Below are positions 38,531 to 48,739 of a stretch of 64,000 bases of DNA, one piece after another (within the stretch, counting starts at the first letter, position 1; each line of letters opens with the position of its first letter). This stretch comes from Verrucomicrobiota bacterium. Its GTDB lineage: Bacteria > Verrucomicrobiota > Verrucomicrobiia > Limisphaerales > AAA164-E04. Where the stretch lies: the NCBI GenBank assembly GCA_047947115.1, contig CP170459.1, positions 1,536,001-1,600,000 on the forward strand. Reading direction: 5' to 3'. A program made the position numbers and the translations under genes. Under the pieces are notes generated by a model. It saw nothing but the letters and a program-made list of their open reading frames with translations, searched no databases and had not been told where the DNA came from.

Positions 38531-41500
38531 CTATCTCTCGGCTCGCAGCCGGTAAAACGATTGGATGGGATTCTTTGTCTCCACAATGATCTCCAGATGT
38601 TGCTCTGAGTTTTTTGGAGTGGTCCGTGCTGCTTCCTCCCAAGCGCCGCTCTGGATGGAGGAAGTGGATTCAATGACGTAGGTCACTTCCGGTTGTGCTG
38701 TAAACCCAAATAGGATTTGCCCGCCGCTGTTCCTCAGTTCAAAACTTGAGAACTTCAGGATGCTGTTCGCATCGTTTGGATCCGTTGCCGCCAGGAATTC
38801 ATTAACGTTCAGGAATCCATCGCCGTCTGCATCGAGAAAAGCATCCAGGGGATCTGCCGGATCAAGTCCGTTCGCCAGTTCCCAGGCATCGTCCATTTCA
38901 TCCGCATCGGCGTCAGCAGCCTGGCCGCCATTCAACTTGAAGGTGGACCAGTTGTTTGGGTTGCTTCCGTCTCCGTCCAGTTTGATGCGCAGTAGTCCAA
39001 ATCCTTGGCCGTCCGCTTCTCTGGGCCAGGGGAGTTCGTTGTCGTATTGTACTTCATCCATGACCAGATATGGGGCAAATCCGGCGTCCGGATCGGGTGG
39101 GCTCAGGGGCTCGTCCGGCCAGAGCAGTCGGATGGATTCGCCGATGTTGTCGAGTTTGCCCAGGTAGGGGCCCAGGACGGGGACATCGGTCGGGATTTGG
39201 TATTTCTGACGAAATGCGTCCGGATCGGTTTCTGTGACAATCAGTCGGCCTTGGGCTGCGATCCGTTGATTGACGGGGAAATCGAATTCAATTCCGCCCC
39301 GAATCTGCCAGGTGTTTTGAGGGAAACTGATATCGAACAACGGGAGGTCTCTGTTGGTGCGGTTCCTTAATTCGATGAACTCATCGTTGTCAATAGTTGG
39401 GTGATACATGACACGTCCCACTACGATCGGCCCTGCATAGGGTTCCGCGTTGGGTGCTCCGGCTCCCTGAAGGAATAACGAAAGCGCCTCCTGAGGGTCG
39501 GTGTTTCGCAGATTGGTTCCGAATGTTTGATGGCTCAGTGTGCGAATGGTATCTGCCCCGTCGGGATAGCGTCCCATGGATCTCCCGTTTTCGGATGCGG
39601 GGAATTCAACTGCATCGACAAATGCAATGATGTTTCCGCTGGTATCGGCCTGGGTCAAATGAACGGTTTCGCCGAATGCGGAACTCAAGGCAAAAGGAAC
39701 CCGCGGATTATTGGTCAGGAATGCTGTTTCGTAAATGACTTGAAATCCATTGGGAACGATTACCGTTCCTGCCGGAATCTGGTATTTTTTCAGATCTTCC
39801 TCTTCATCGCTCAGGAACCAGCCACTGAGGTCGACCGGTGTGGCTCCCGGATTGAACAATTCGATGGCATCCACAAACGGAGGGTCGGTGTGCGCCAGGA
39901 TTTCATTGATTACCACGCTTGGGCGCGTTTCTGTTCCATAGGTTCCCGGGGTGCCATGCACCTTGGCACTTGCTTCCCAGTGATCCGGGTCATCGACATC
40001 TCCCTGCAATGATACCGCCTGAAGAGAACTACCCAGTCCGTCTGCGCGTTTGGGCCAGTTGTTAGAGTCATCATACCGTACCGAAAAAACCACATTGGCA
40101 TCGGCGTCCACAAAAGTGATGCGTTCACCTTCGTCGGCCAATCGACCTTCGAATGATCCGGCTGCAAGACGCATCCCGGTATTTCCGTAAAAGGAAAGGA
40201 AAGCGTCTCGATCGCCGGCGATCACGATGCTTTCGCCCGGAGCAAGCAGCACTGCTCCAAATTGGTAACGGATGCCTTCGATAAACTCGCCGCCGGCCAG
40301 ATCAACAGTGCCCGATCCTGTATTGGTCAATTCGATGAATTCCACATCTGACGGCGGGAAGGGGTGATACATGATTTCCGTGGGACGAATGGACAACGCC
40401 AGATCGCTGGCCAGTGAAGGATCGACCAGCATCGCAAAATCGACGTTCACATCGGCTCCGATCGCTTCGCTGGTGGTCATGAAAGGTCCACCTTCCACGA
40501 TGGTTGTGTCCGGCGCCAGGGTGGTGGACGCAATGCTGCGCCAGATGCCTGAATCTCCTGTTTCGAAATAAAGAGTGTCGGCTTGACGTCGAATGCGGAC
40601 GGTGGCGGCGTTGACAGTCAGTTCTTGCTGCCCCAAAACGGTGGTCGGGGTGGTTCGTGAAACGGTTCGGGCCACCAGTCTGTTGCCGTCTTCAACCCCC
40701 ACTGCGAACCAACTGTCTCTTCCTTCTTCCTTTGAACTGATCATGATACCAGCCCAGGTTCCGTCGCCCAGGTTGGAATCGAGTCGGAATTTGCCGTGCA
40801 GGGACCAGTCGGAATTTGCCGGCAACAGGCGTGCCATGTAAGGGAATTTGGCTTGAGACTGTCTCCAGGGGCGGGGTTCATCGCCGGTGATGTGGATGGT
40901 CAGATGGCCCGGCCTGTTTTCCAATGAAAACCAGACTCCCTCCGGATGATTGTCGGCGAAGCGTCCTCCACGAATCTGCCACCAGGGATCGAGAGTTGAA
41001 TTGCCAAAACCACTGAATCCATGGCGCCCGTAAATCGACGCTTCTCTTTTCTCGCTCACCAGATTGCCGGCTCCGTCCCGGGTGCTGGCTTCAATGGAAT
41101 ACCAACCGGGCCTGGGGAACTGCACTGAGGCCCGGTTTGGAGGGTCTTCGGTCAACGCCACTCCTGTCTGTTGATGTTTCCAGGAGATTCTCAGATTGTC
41201 TCCTTCCGGATCGTAGCTCTGGCCGGCATCCAATTTGAGCGATTCATCGAGATCCATGTTCCAGGATGCAGGGCTTGCATCAATGGAAAGGACTGGAACC
41301 GCATTTCCGTTGCGTGAGACCGAGATCTGTGTGGTTTCCCGTATGTTGCCCCATTGATCCAGTCCATGCAGCGTCAGCGTATTCAGTCCTTCTCGAGTGC
41401 GGATGGATTCCAGTTTCCATTCGGTTTCGTCGATTCGTGTGAAACGGGCCTGGGGTTGGCCTTCCACGATGACAGAGAACACACCAGAGGAGGATTGGCC

Positions 41501-44500
41501 TTGCAGAGTGATGGTTTCATCGGATGTTTCGAAATCAGCCCCGTTGTTCGTGGAGACATTCAATCCGAGCCCGGCAGTGCGTCTGAGTTGGTTTAGACCG
41601 TATCTTTCTCTGGACCGGAACCAATTGGTGTAGGTGCTGCGATTCACATTATAGCTGCTGCTGGCTGCTTCTTCCGCATCCAGCCAGGCAAGCATGCGGG
41701 GGGATTCATGCGTGTATTGATCGAGCAACTCGGTCAGGTAATACTGGAAAAGGCGCATGTTGTAAGGCTGGCGGATGTAAGTGTCGACCTTGGGTAATCC
41801 CTGGAAAAACGGGGCGCCGACATTTCCAAAGGTCAAGTCACTGTCCCAGTGCAGAAATTGGAATTTGCCGTCTGTTGCGCGACGATACATGTAGCCGTTT
41901 TTGCCTCGTCGCAATGAGATGGAATCCCAATCGTCTATGTATCCCCTTACCACAAACATTTTCATGATGGCTTCGGGGTCGGCCAGTCGCTCGATCTCTT
42001 TCTGATCGTAGTTTCCCGAGGCGGTTTGAAACAGGCGAATCAAGGCGCTGAAGTTATCTTCTGTCTCGCGCGTTCGCTTCATCCATTCGGTGCGGTAGCG
42101 TCCCGGGTTATCGCTGTTTTTGTAGTTCCAGGATGCGTCCTGATTTTGACGGTCCCAGGTATCCCGGAACCACCATTCATCATCGATGCGGTATAAATCA
42201 CCATCGCTTCCCATATCGAAATTGCGATCCAGGAATTCATTTCCGACCGGCTCGGTGTCTTCCCTTAATTGCGGACTCCCGTTGTTGATCATGGTGTGTA
42301 TGAACTCGTTTTCGTTCACTGGGTGACCCAGGAGGTAAAGCATGTAGCGGGCAATACGGTTGTGATGCCGTCTTCCCCCGTTGGCGGCATCGTTGTCCCA
42401 CCTGTGTTTGACACGTCCCCGAAACGGTCGATCCTGGGGGAGTTTGATTTTGGCTCGGTCCAGGTTGCCGCCTCGTGTCCATGGACTGCCGGAGTTTCTT
42501 ATCCCGGCGTTGTAAATGATGTCCTGCTCATTGGAGATGAATGTGGCATTGAAGTAATGATTCGAAAGCCGAGGAAAGTCGTAGTCATACTTGCTTGTCT
42601 CCCCGCTGGAAATAGCTCCCATGTCATAGGCTGAAACCACCATGCGTACCGTGCGTAAATCGGTGTTGATCGATCGATTGTCCACAACATAAAGAGCAGG
42701 AGCGTTGGGGCCGTTTTTGGGCAGGTGTTGGATCTCTCCTTTGACCGTTTTGGCTTCCACATAAAATTGAACAATCCGTCCGTTCACTCGATAGGACGTC
42801 AGGTCCTGGCTGTATTGACCGTCCCCTGCCACTGAATCACCTCCTGAAATTCCGTCATCGTGCATTTCGTCGAAATCCCAGGTGCCTGAATTATTCGAGT
42901 TGTCCAATCGGTGATACACGCGGACATATTCCAGTGCTTCGGTGGATTGTACATTTGCAGTGATGGACACCACATCGGCACTTGTTGGAACTGCTGGGGA
43001 ATGTTGCAAATGACCTAATTGCGGCGGAGGGGTTTCTTGCAATCTGGAGTTGGGTTTTGCGGGGGTGCCGAGTTGGGAAGGAATGGGAATGAGGAAGTTG
43101 TTGGCGATGCTGTGGTCCCAGGTGGAGAAGATCAGTCTGGGGGAACCGGATACCCAGCGCGCACTGAATCGGATCTCGTAATCCTCCCGCCGATTCATGG
43201 ATGTTGCGTCAATTTCGGTCCGGTTCGGGCGGTTGTCGCCGCGTCCATCGGAGATGAGGTGCATCACCCCTTCATCATCCATGTCAGTCTGCCAGTGATT
43301 TCCTTGTGCCAGCCAGCCAGTGGCACTGCGGTTGTTGCCGGACATGCGGTCTGCATTGTTGAGAATGTCGGTTCCGTCTCGAAGTCGAATCAATTGGATG
43401 TCGCGCAGCATGACATATCCATCGTTCACAAGATGGAAATAGATTTCCTTGTAATCGGTCGCGCTGCCGAAGGTGCGCAACTGCTGGAATGTGTCCTGAT
43501 AACGAAAGGTTTGCCAATCCGATTTGGAAGTCTCATCACTGGATCGCCAGGCGGAGCCGAACGCATTGTCTGCGTGGGGGTGGGTGAGTTCCAGGCTGCT
43601 TCCGCCTCCGTTGGCGAGTTCGGGCCATTCTCCTCCAGCTCTGTAGTCCACTTCGTCTGCAAGGTTACCCCATGGGTCCACCAGGCGAATGCGTTCGCCA
43701 TTGTTGCTCAATTGACCGTCGAATTCCCCTGCGACGGGGGGATTACCGTAAATTTCGCGGAAAGCATTTAAATCGGAGGCCACTATCAAGAAGGCGCCGG
43801 GTGCCATGGTGGTTCCGGCAGGAAACATGTAGCTGATGCCATCTTTAAATGCCCATCCGGTGAGATCAATCGTTTCGCTGCCACGATTAAAGAGTTCAAT
43901 GTATTCTCCCCTGGTCAAATTGGAGGGGGGGTCATACATGATTTCATTGATGACGATTTCAGTTCGGATGATCGGTTGATTCGCTGAATTCGGAGTGGGG
44001 GATTCGCTTGCATACCACTCTGTGCCACCTTCCGGAAACGCCTGCCAGGTCCATCCGAGACGTGGCGTGTCAAAACGATAAGCCTTCAACACTGTGTTCT
44101 GCCGGTTGACAATCGACAGGGTATGGCGCCCTTTGCCAAGTTTTGCCGGGGTGCTCACTTGCAACCTGCTCCCGGCTGGAATGACTTGTTCGATCAGGAT
44201 TGCGTCCTCGAACGCGTCAGCCAGCATGATGCGAAGCGTGTTGGCGGGAATTGGGTTGTTACCTTGGTTGAATACCTCCACCCACTCCAAGTCCCCGTCT
44301 TCTGAATAGTGTGCTTCGTTCAGATGCACTTCTGGCCGAATGCTGTCGCTTCCGTTCTGGTCGTCCGGTGTGGGCGTCGTAAATGCAAACCATGCAGCGC
44401 CGCCATCCGGCTTTCTTCCAATGGAGCGCCCATCCCGGGTAATGGTCGCCCGAATAGCTGAAAGGGGCGTTTTTCCATCCGGTGATGTCAGGTAAAGTGT

Positions 44501-45868
44501 TGTCTCCGAGCTTGGGGTCAGTCCGGTTTCCCCGAAACGAATGACCCCAAAACTTTCAGGCTGCAAAACAAGGTCTTCGTTGATTTTGAATTGGGCCAGG
44601 CGGCCCGGTGTGTCAGATAAGTAATGGTCCCGCAAGTTTTGGGGAGATGACAGAGGGTTGTAAAACTCAATGAATCCTTTGCTGCCGACAAGTGGAAGAA
44701 TTTCGTTGAGAACGACGGAATTGCTGCTTTGAGTGGACATCCGCAATCGCGCTCCAAATACAACATCTGATGAGGTGGGGTTGATCTGGTGAACTTCCAC
44801 AGCCAGCAGATTGGTTCCGGTTTTCAGCATGGATCCAGGTGCCGAAAGGATATCTTCTTCAATCGTTGCGTTAGAGACTGCGCCACCGGCTGCCGTTGTC
44901 GTGAAGGTCAGCGTGCCGTCGGGTAAACGGATCCGCCCCATTTCCTGTCCATTCAGGTAGAAAGCGGCTCCATCATCCAGAATGGTGTCCAAACGCAGAG
45001 TGGTGAGATCCGGGTTTCCTGAAAATTGGAATTCTTTTCTGAAGTAATATGTCAACTGATCTTCATCATTCAGGGGGGTTCGAATGCCGGGTGAGGGCAG
45101 GGCTGAGTTTTCAAAACCGAACAGACCGCCTCCTTGTTTCCAATCCGAATCATCGTAAGCCACGTTTTTCCAGGATGTGCCGAGGTCTTGGTTGCCGTCA
45201 TGGAATTTCCATGTATCCGGGAAATCAACCAGTGCAATTCCGGTGGTTAGGTCAATCTCGGGAGTCTCGATCGGAGTTTCGGCTCCTTCAATGGGTTCCG
45301 TGCCTGGTGTGCCTTCCGGCTTGAGGCTGGTCGACCAGGATCTCGGATCATTGACCATGCCATCTCCGTTTTTCAACACCAGAGAATGCCCCAATCCGTC
45401 CGCAGCGACCGGCCAGTCGCCCGAGTCTTCGTAGTCTACTTGAACAACTGTGACCCCGTTTTTGTCTTTTACGATGATGGTATCCCCTCCATCACCCAAT
45501 TTGCCTGTCCATGGGCCAAATACCCGCACGGAATCAGGAATGCCATAGAAGGTGCGGAGTTCTTCACTGCTTCGGTCGCCAATGACGATCCTCTCCCCTG
45601 CTTTCAAAAAGGCTTGGTCAGCCCTGCCGGGGTCGAAATCCGGAAATTGATAGGAAACGCCACCCGCAAGCGACCAATGGATCATGTCCAAAGGTGTGGT
45701 GCTTTGATTGTGCATTTCCAAAAATTCCGGTGCATCACCACGAGGGTGATACATGATTTCTGAAATAACCACTTGTTCGGCGAACAGACTGTATGGATGG
45801 AAAAGAATATTTGTCAGCAAACAGGCGGTCAGATACAGGAGGGTGCGGAATTTGGCAAAGGATCTCAT
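38531..45868 (-). CDS. Giant secreted lamin-tail-domain / CotH kinase protein with Ca-binding TSP3-like repeats
   Basis: Signal peptide from ATG 45868 (or 45889); seven 'VVISEIMYHP'-like LTD starts; CotH core 'GIRNSGS...DDWDS...KNGYMY...HWDSDLTFG'; 'DADGDGFLNVNEFLAATDPND'; ends 'SFYRLRAER'. Confidence 0.9.
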   Translation of the reverse strand: MRSFAKFRTLLYLTACLLTNILFHPYSLFAEQVVISEIMYHPRGDAPEFLEMHNQSTTPLDMIHWSLAGGVSYQFPDFDPGRADQAFLKAGERIVIGDRSSEELRTFYGIPDSVRVFGPWTGKLGDGGDTIIVKDKNGVTVVQVDYEDSGDWPVAADGLGHSLVLKNGDGMVNDPRSWSTSLKPEGTPGTEPIEGAETPIETPEIDLTTGIALVDFPDTWKFHDGNQDLGTSWKNVAYDDSDWKQGGGLFGFENSALPSPGIRTPLNDEDQLTYYFRKEFQFSGNPDLTTLRLDTILDDGAAFYLNGQEMGRIRLPDGTLTFTTTAAGGAVSNATIEEDILSAPGSMLKTGTNLLAVEVHQINPTSSDVVFGARLRMSTQSSNSVVLNEILPLVGSKGFIEFYNPLSSPQNLRDHYLSDTPGRLAQFKINEDLVLQPESFGVIRFGETGLTPSSETTLYLTSPDGKTPLSAIRATITRDGRSIGRKPDGGAAWFAFTTPTPDDQNGSDSIRPEVHLNEAHYSEDGDLEWVEVFNQGNNPIPANTLRIMLADAFEDAILIEQVIPAGSRLQVSTPAKLGKGRHTLSIVNRQNTVLKAYRFDTPRLGWTWQAFPEGGTEWYASESPTPNSANQPIIRTEIVINEIMYDPPSNLTRGEYIELFNRGSETIDLTGWAFKDGISYMFPAGTTMAPGAFLIVASDLNAFREIYGNPPVAGEFDGQLSNNGERIRLVDPWGNLADEVDYRAGGEWPELANGGGSSLELTHPHADNAFGSAWRSSDETSKSDWQTFRYQDTFQQLRTFGSATDYKEIYFHLVNDGYVMLRDIQLIRLRDGTDILNNADRMSGNNRSATGWLAQGNHWQTDMDDEGVMHLISDGRGDNRPNRTEIDATSMNRREDYEIRFSARWVSGSPRLIFSTWDHSIANNFLIPIPSQLGTPAKPNSRLQETPPPQLGHLQHSPAVPTSADVVSITANVQSTEALEYVRVYHRLDNSNNSGTWDFDEMHDDGISGGDSVAGDGQYSQDLTSYRVNGRIVQFYVEAKTVKGEIQHLPKNGPNAPALYVVDNRSINTDLRTVRMVVSAYDMGAISSGETSKYDYDFPRLSNHYFNATFISNEQDIIYNAGIRNSGSPWTRGGNLDRAKIKLPQDRPFRGRVKHRWDNDAANGGRRHHNRIARYMLYLLGHPVNENEFIHTMINNGSPQLREDTEPVGNEFLDRNFDMGSDGDLYRIDDEWWFRDTWDRQNQDASWNYKNSDNPGRYRTEWMKRTRETEDNFSALIRLFQTASGNYDQKEIERLADPEAIMKMFVVRGYIDDWDSISLRRGKNGYMYRRATDGKFQFLHWDSDLTFGNVGAPFFQGLPKVDTYIRQPYNMRLFQYYLTELLDQYTHESPRMLAWLDAEEAASSSYNVNRSTYTNWFRSRERYGLNQLRRTAGLGLNVSTNNGADFETSDETITLQGQSSSGVFSVIVEGQPQARFTRIDETEWKLESIRTREGLNTLTLHGLDQWGNIRETTQISVSRNGNAVPVLSIDASPASWNMDLDESLKLDAGQSYDPEGDNLRISWKHQQTGVALTEDPPNRASVQFPRPGWYSIEASTRDGAGNLVSEKREASIYGRHGFSGFGNSTLDPWWQIRGGRFADNHPEGVWFSLENRPGHLTIHITGDEPRPWRQSQAKFPYMARLLPANSDWSLHGKFRLDSNLGDGTWAGIMISSKEEGRDSWFAVGVEDGNRLVARTVSRTTPTTVLGQQELTVNAATVRIRRQADTLYFETGDSGIWRSIASTTLAPDTTIVEGGPFMTTSEAIGADVNVDFAMLVDPSLASDLALSIRPTEIMYHPFPPSDVEFIELTNTGSGTVDLAGGEFIEGIRYQFGAVLLAPGESIVIAGDRDAFLSFYGNTGMRLAAGSFEGRLADEGERITFVDADANVVFSVRYDDSNNWPKRADGLGSSLQAVSLQGDVDDPDHWEASAKVHGTPGTYGTETRPSVVINEILAHTDPPFVDAIELFNPGATPVDLSGWFLSDEEEDLKKYQIPAGTVIVPNGFQVIYETAFLTNNPRVPFALSSAFGETVHLTQADTSGNIIAFVDAVEFPASENGRSMGRYPDGADTIRTLSHQTFGTNLRNTDPQEALSLFLQGAGAPNAEPYAGPIVVGRVMYHPTIDNDEFIELRNRTNRDLPLFDISFPQNTWQIRGGIEFDFPVNQRIAAQGRLIVTETDPDAFRQKYQIPTDVPVLGPYLGKLDNIGESIRLLWPDEPLSPPDPDAGFAPYLVMDEVQYDNELPWPREADGQGFGLLRIKLDGDGSNPNNWSTFKLNGGQAADADADEMDDAWELANGLDPADPLDAFLDADGDGFLNVNEFLAATDPNDANSILKFSSFELRNSGGQILFGFTAQPEVTYVIESTSSIQSGAWEEAARTTPKNSEQHLEIIVETKNPIQSFYRLRAER

Positions 45869-45940
45869 TTTCGTATGTCGGGCTTCCATGGTATCGGTTC
45901 CACTCTGCCATGTTGTCAGGTGGAGTGGGGGACAGAAATA

Positions 45941-45956
45941 AGCTAATTGCATGCCA
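45941..45956 (-). promoter_or_regulatory. sigma54 -24/-12 promoter of the LTD/CotH gene
   Basis: Minus strand TGGCATGCAATTAGCT: GG-N10-GC, close to TGGCACG-N4-TTGCW, 50-70 nt before the start codon. Confidence 0.6.
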
Positions 45957-46360
45957 AAGCAATGCAAAATAGCAATAACAGTCCAACACGAAGCCGATGC
46001 CATGGAATTTAATTTCGATTTGCCAAGTAACCCGAATGGTTCTGTCCGGTGGAATTTGATCCATGGTGCGAAGAGCGGGACCAACTGTTCGGGATTGAGA
46101 ACGGTCAACGAGTAAAAGTCCCGTGTTGTCAGGTTTTAAAAACGGAAAAAAACTTGCTTGGCGGCGGTTGGATGGGCTTTGGTTTGGTTTTTCCAACCAC
46201 TTGTTGGTAAGGTGAAAAACGCCAGGATTTACCTGTAAATCCAACGTGAACAAATGGAAAAGACACTCTATCGGCACCAGGATGGGTGGCAATGGAAGTC
46301 GAAATAATCACAAAAAAAAGTTGTCATATTTGAGAATATGCACCAAGTTATACCAAATGT

Positions 46361-46390
46361 GGTCATCGAACCTTGGCGGGTTTGATGGCC
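46361..46390 (+). promoter_or_regulatory. 5' leader hairpin of the porin gene
   Basis: ggtcatcgaacc-ttggcg-ggtttgatggcc; the two mismatches become G-U pairs only on the + strand RNA. Confidence 0.5.
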
Positions 46391-46419
46391 TAGTTTGTTA
46401 AAAAATTAGAGGAACTGAT

Positions 46420-47604
46420 ATGAAATTTAACAAATGGACAGTTGCGTTGGCAGCCGCAGGGCTGGTCAACCTAGGATCTGTAACTCAAGCGGAAGAAGCC
46501 AGCAATGCTGTGATGACCGCGTTATCGAAAACAACCATTAGTGGTTACGTGGACGCTTCGGTGTCCTGGTCGGATGTGAACTCCAACCCAGTTGCTGGGG
46601 GAGTACCCTTACACGGTCGAGTCGCATATCAAAACACAGCTAAAATGGATGGCTTCAACTTGGACGTGATCGGCTTAACCCTTGAAAAACCTCTCGATGA
46701 GAGTGATTGGGCTTCCGGTTACGTGGTAGACCTTCTCTTGGGTCCTGATGCAAGCCATTACGTTGCTGCAGCTCCATTCGCTGTTGCTGGGGCGACCAGT
46801 GATACGGTGGCTATCAAGCAGGCTTACGTTGCTACGCGTGTCCCTGTCGGCAACGGTGTGGACCTGAAGTTGGGCACATTTGATGCAATCATTGGGTATG
46901 AGGTGTTTTCCAACGGAGCTAATCCTAATTATAGTCGTTCATTTGCCTACAACTTGGAACCCTTTGCTCACACCGGAGCTTTGGCCTCTTATCAAGTGAA
47001 TGACCTAGTCGGATTCAGCGCTGGGATTGCCAACACCTCTGCTTCGGTGATCAATGACCGTGCTTCTGCCCTGGGTGCAAGTTCCTCCCATTTCTCTTAC
47101 ATGGGAGCTGTTTCTATCGTGGCGCCTGAAAGCACAGGTTTCCTTTCTGGAGCTACTTTGTATGCAGGATTTCTTGATGGCCTCAATGGGGGTCCTAGTT
47201 CTGATCCTGATACCACCAACTACTACCTTGGTGCTACCATGCCGACCCCGATCGACGGTCTCGCCCTCGGGCTTGCTTACGACCGCGTTGTTGACGTGGC
47301 AGGTGCTCCCGGCACTGACGCTGACGTGATTGGTGCTTACGCCTCCTATCAGGCCACAGACAAAATGGCTATTCATGGCCGTATTGAATACGTCACCGGT
47401 GACAACGGTCTTTACTACGTTGGTAACGGTACCGATGACAATGAGTTGCTCGGCTTGACCGCAACCGTTGACTACAGTCTCTGGGAGAACGTGATCACCC
47501 GTGTCGAAGGTCGCTGGGACCAGCAGCTTGATGATAACGGTGACCAATACGGCAGTGGAGACGACGTCTTCACCTTGACGCTGAACGCGATCTACAGCTT
47601 CTAA
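46420..47604 (+). CDS. Outer-membrane beta-barrel porin (putative BBP2/DUF1597-like)
   Basis: Signal peptide; 'TTISGYVD', 'IKQAYV', 'IIGYEVF...NPNYSRS...EPFAHTG'; C-terminal 'AIYSF'. Confidence 0.88.
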   Translation: MKFNKWTVALAAAGLVNLGSVTQAEEASNAVMTALSKTTISGYVDASVSWSDVNSNPVAGGVPLHGRVAYQNTAKMDGFNLDVIGLTLEKPLDESDWASGYVVDLLLGPDASHYVAAAPFAVAGATSDTVAIKQAYVATRVPVGNGVDLKLGTFDAIIGYEVFSNGANPNYSRSFAYNLEPFAHTGALASYQVNDLVGFSAGIANTSASVINDRASALGASSSHFSYMGAVSIVAPESTGFLSGATLYAGFLDGLNGGPSSDPDTTNYYLGATMPTPIDGLALGLAYDRVVDVAGAPGTDADVIGAYASYQATDKMAIHGRIEYVTGDNGLYYVGNGTDDNELLGLTATVDYSLWENVITRVEGRWDQQLDDNGDQYGSGDDVFTLTLNAIYSF

Positions 47605-47635
47605 TCGAGCAATCGATTTTAGAATCTTTTATGTT

Positions 47636-47669
47636 AGCCCCACGGACAATATCCGTGGGGCTTTTTCTT
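47636..47669 (+). terminator. Intrinsic terminator
   Basis: agccccacgga-caata-tccgtggggct followed by ttttctt. Confidence 0.88.
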
Positions 47670-47717
47670 GTCCATCAACCTTGTTTCCGCAAATGCGAGA
47701 GGTATATATTTCCGTAT

Positions 47718-48731
47718 ATGAAACATATGATGAAACATGCATTAATGATGGCTCTGGGTTTGTGTTGTATGAACGCAATCGCTGCAGAAGGGGAATCTGC
47801 CTATGATCAGGCCAAAAAGGCCGAATTGAGAGAAAGTGCTAATTCGCTCTTCGGACCACTCCCGGATGCCATGCCCGGATCGGAAAACGACACAGATTAC
47901 CGTAAGCATCTTGGTGAAAAACTGTATTTTGACACTCAATTATCGAAAAACAACACCATTTCCTGCAACTCCTGCCACCGTGTGGATCAAGGCCTGGGTG
48001 GAGTTGACAATGCTCCCGGTTCGACCGGCGCTTTTGGTGATATCGGCGGTCGAAATGCGCCCACCGTTCTGAATGCGGGATTCCAATTGGCGCAGTTCTG
48101 GGATGGGCGCGCCGCCGATTTGCAGGCACAAGCCAAAGGCCCGGTGTTGAACCCCATCGAAATGGCCATGCCGCATGAAGGGGCCGTGTTGGATCGGATT
48201 CGTATGGACGATGATTATCGTGCACTTTTCAAAAAGGCTTTTCCGGATGCCAACCCCGCCATTACCTACAATAACGTGGCCGAGGCGATTGCTGCTTTCG
48301 AACGAACCCTTATCACCAAAGACCGATTCGATGATTTCCTTAAGGGAGACGACGAAGCCTTGACTCAGTTGGAACTGAAAGGATTGGAAACATTTACCGG
48401 GATTGGATGCACGACCTGCCATATTGGGCCACTCTTGGGAGGTTCTATGTATCAAAAGATGGGCTTGGTGAATGCCTATGAAAACTTCAGTGATATTGGG
48501 CGCGAGGAGGTTACCAAGAATGAGGATGATAAATACAAATTCAAAGTGCCTACCCTTCGGAATATTGCGATCACTGATCCCTACTTTCATGACGGAGGCG
48601 TTGCAACGCTCGATTTTGCCGTACGCAAAATGGCCTACATGCAGTTGGGACAACAACTCACCACTGAGCAAACCGACGCCATCGTCGCATTCCTTGGCGC
48701 CTTGACCGATAAAGGTCGCACCGGTAAATAA
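47718..48731 (+). CDS. Di-heme cytochrome c peroxidase
   Basis: CNSCH and CTTCH; 'RNAPTVLNA', 'QFWDGRA', 'NPIEM', 'FKVPTLRNI..T.PYFHDG'. Confidence 0.95.
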   Translation: MKHMMKHALMMALGLCCMNAIAAEGESAYDQAKKAELRESANSLFGPLPDAMPGSENDTDYRKHLGEKLYFDTQLSKNNTISCNSCHRVDQGLGGVDNAPGSTGAFGDIGGRNAPTVLNAGFQLAQFWDGRAADLQAQAKGPVLNPIEMAMPHEGAVLDRIRMDDDYRALFKKAFPDANPAITYNNVAEAIAAFERTLITKDRFDDFLKGDDEALTQLELKGLETFTGIGCTTCHIGPLLGGSMYQKMGLVNAYENFSDIGREEVTKNEDDKYKFKVPTLRNIAITDPYFHDGGVATLDFAVRKMAYMQLGQQLTTEQTDAIVAFLGALTDKGRTGK

Positions 48732-48739
48732 TACGTCTC

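Noticed and set aside
45869..46108. N-terminal 80-aa extension of the LTD/CotH ORF
   Set aside because: It precedes the signal peptide, starts at a non-ATG codon and contains the predicted sigma54 promoter.
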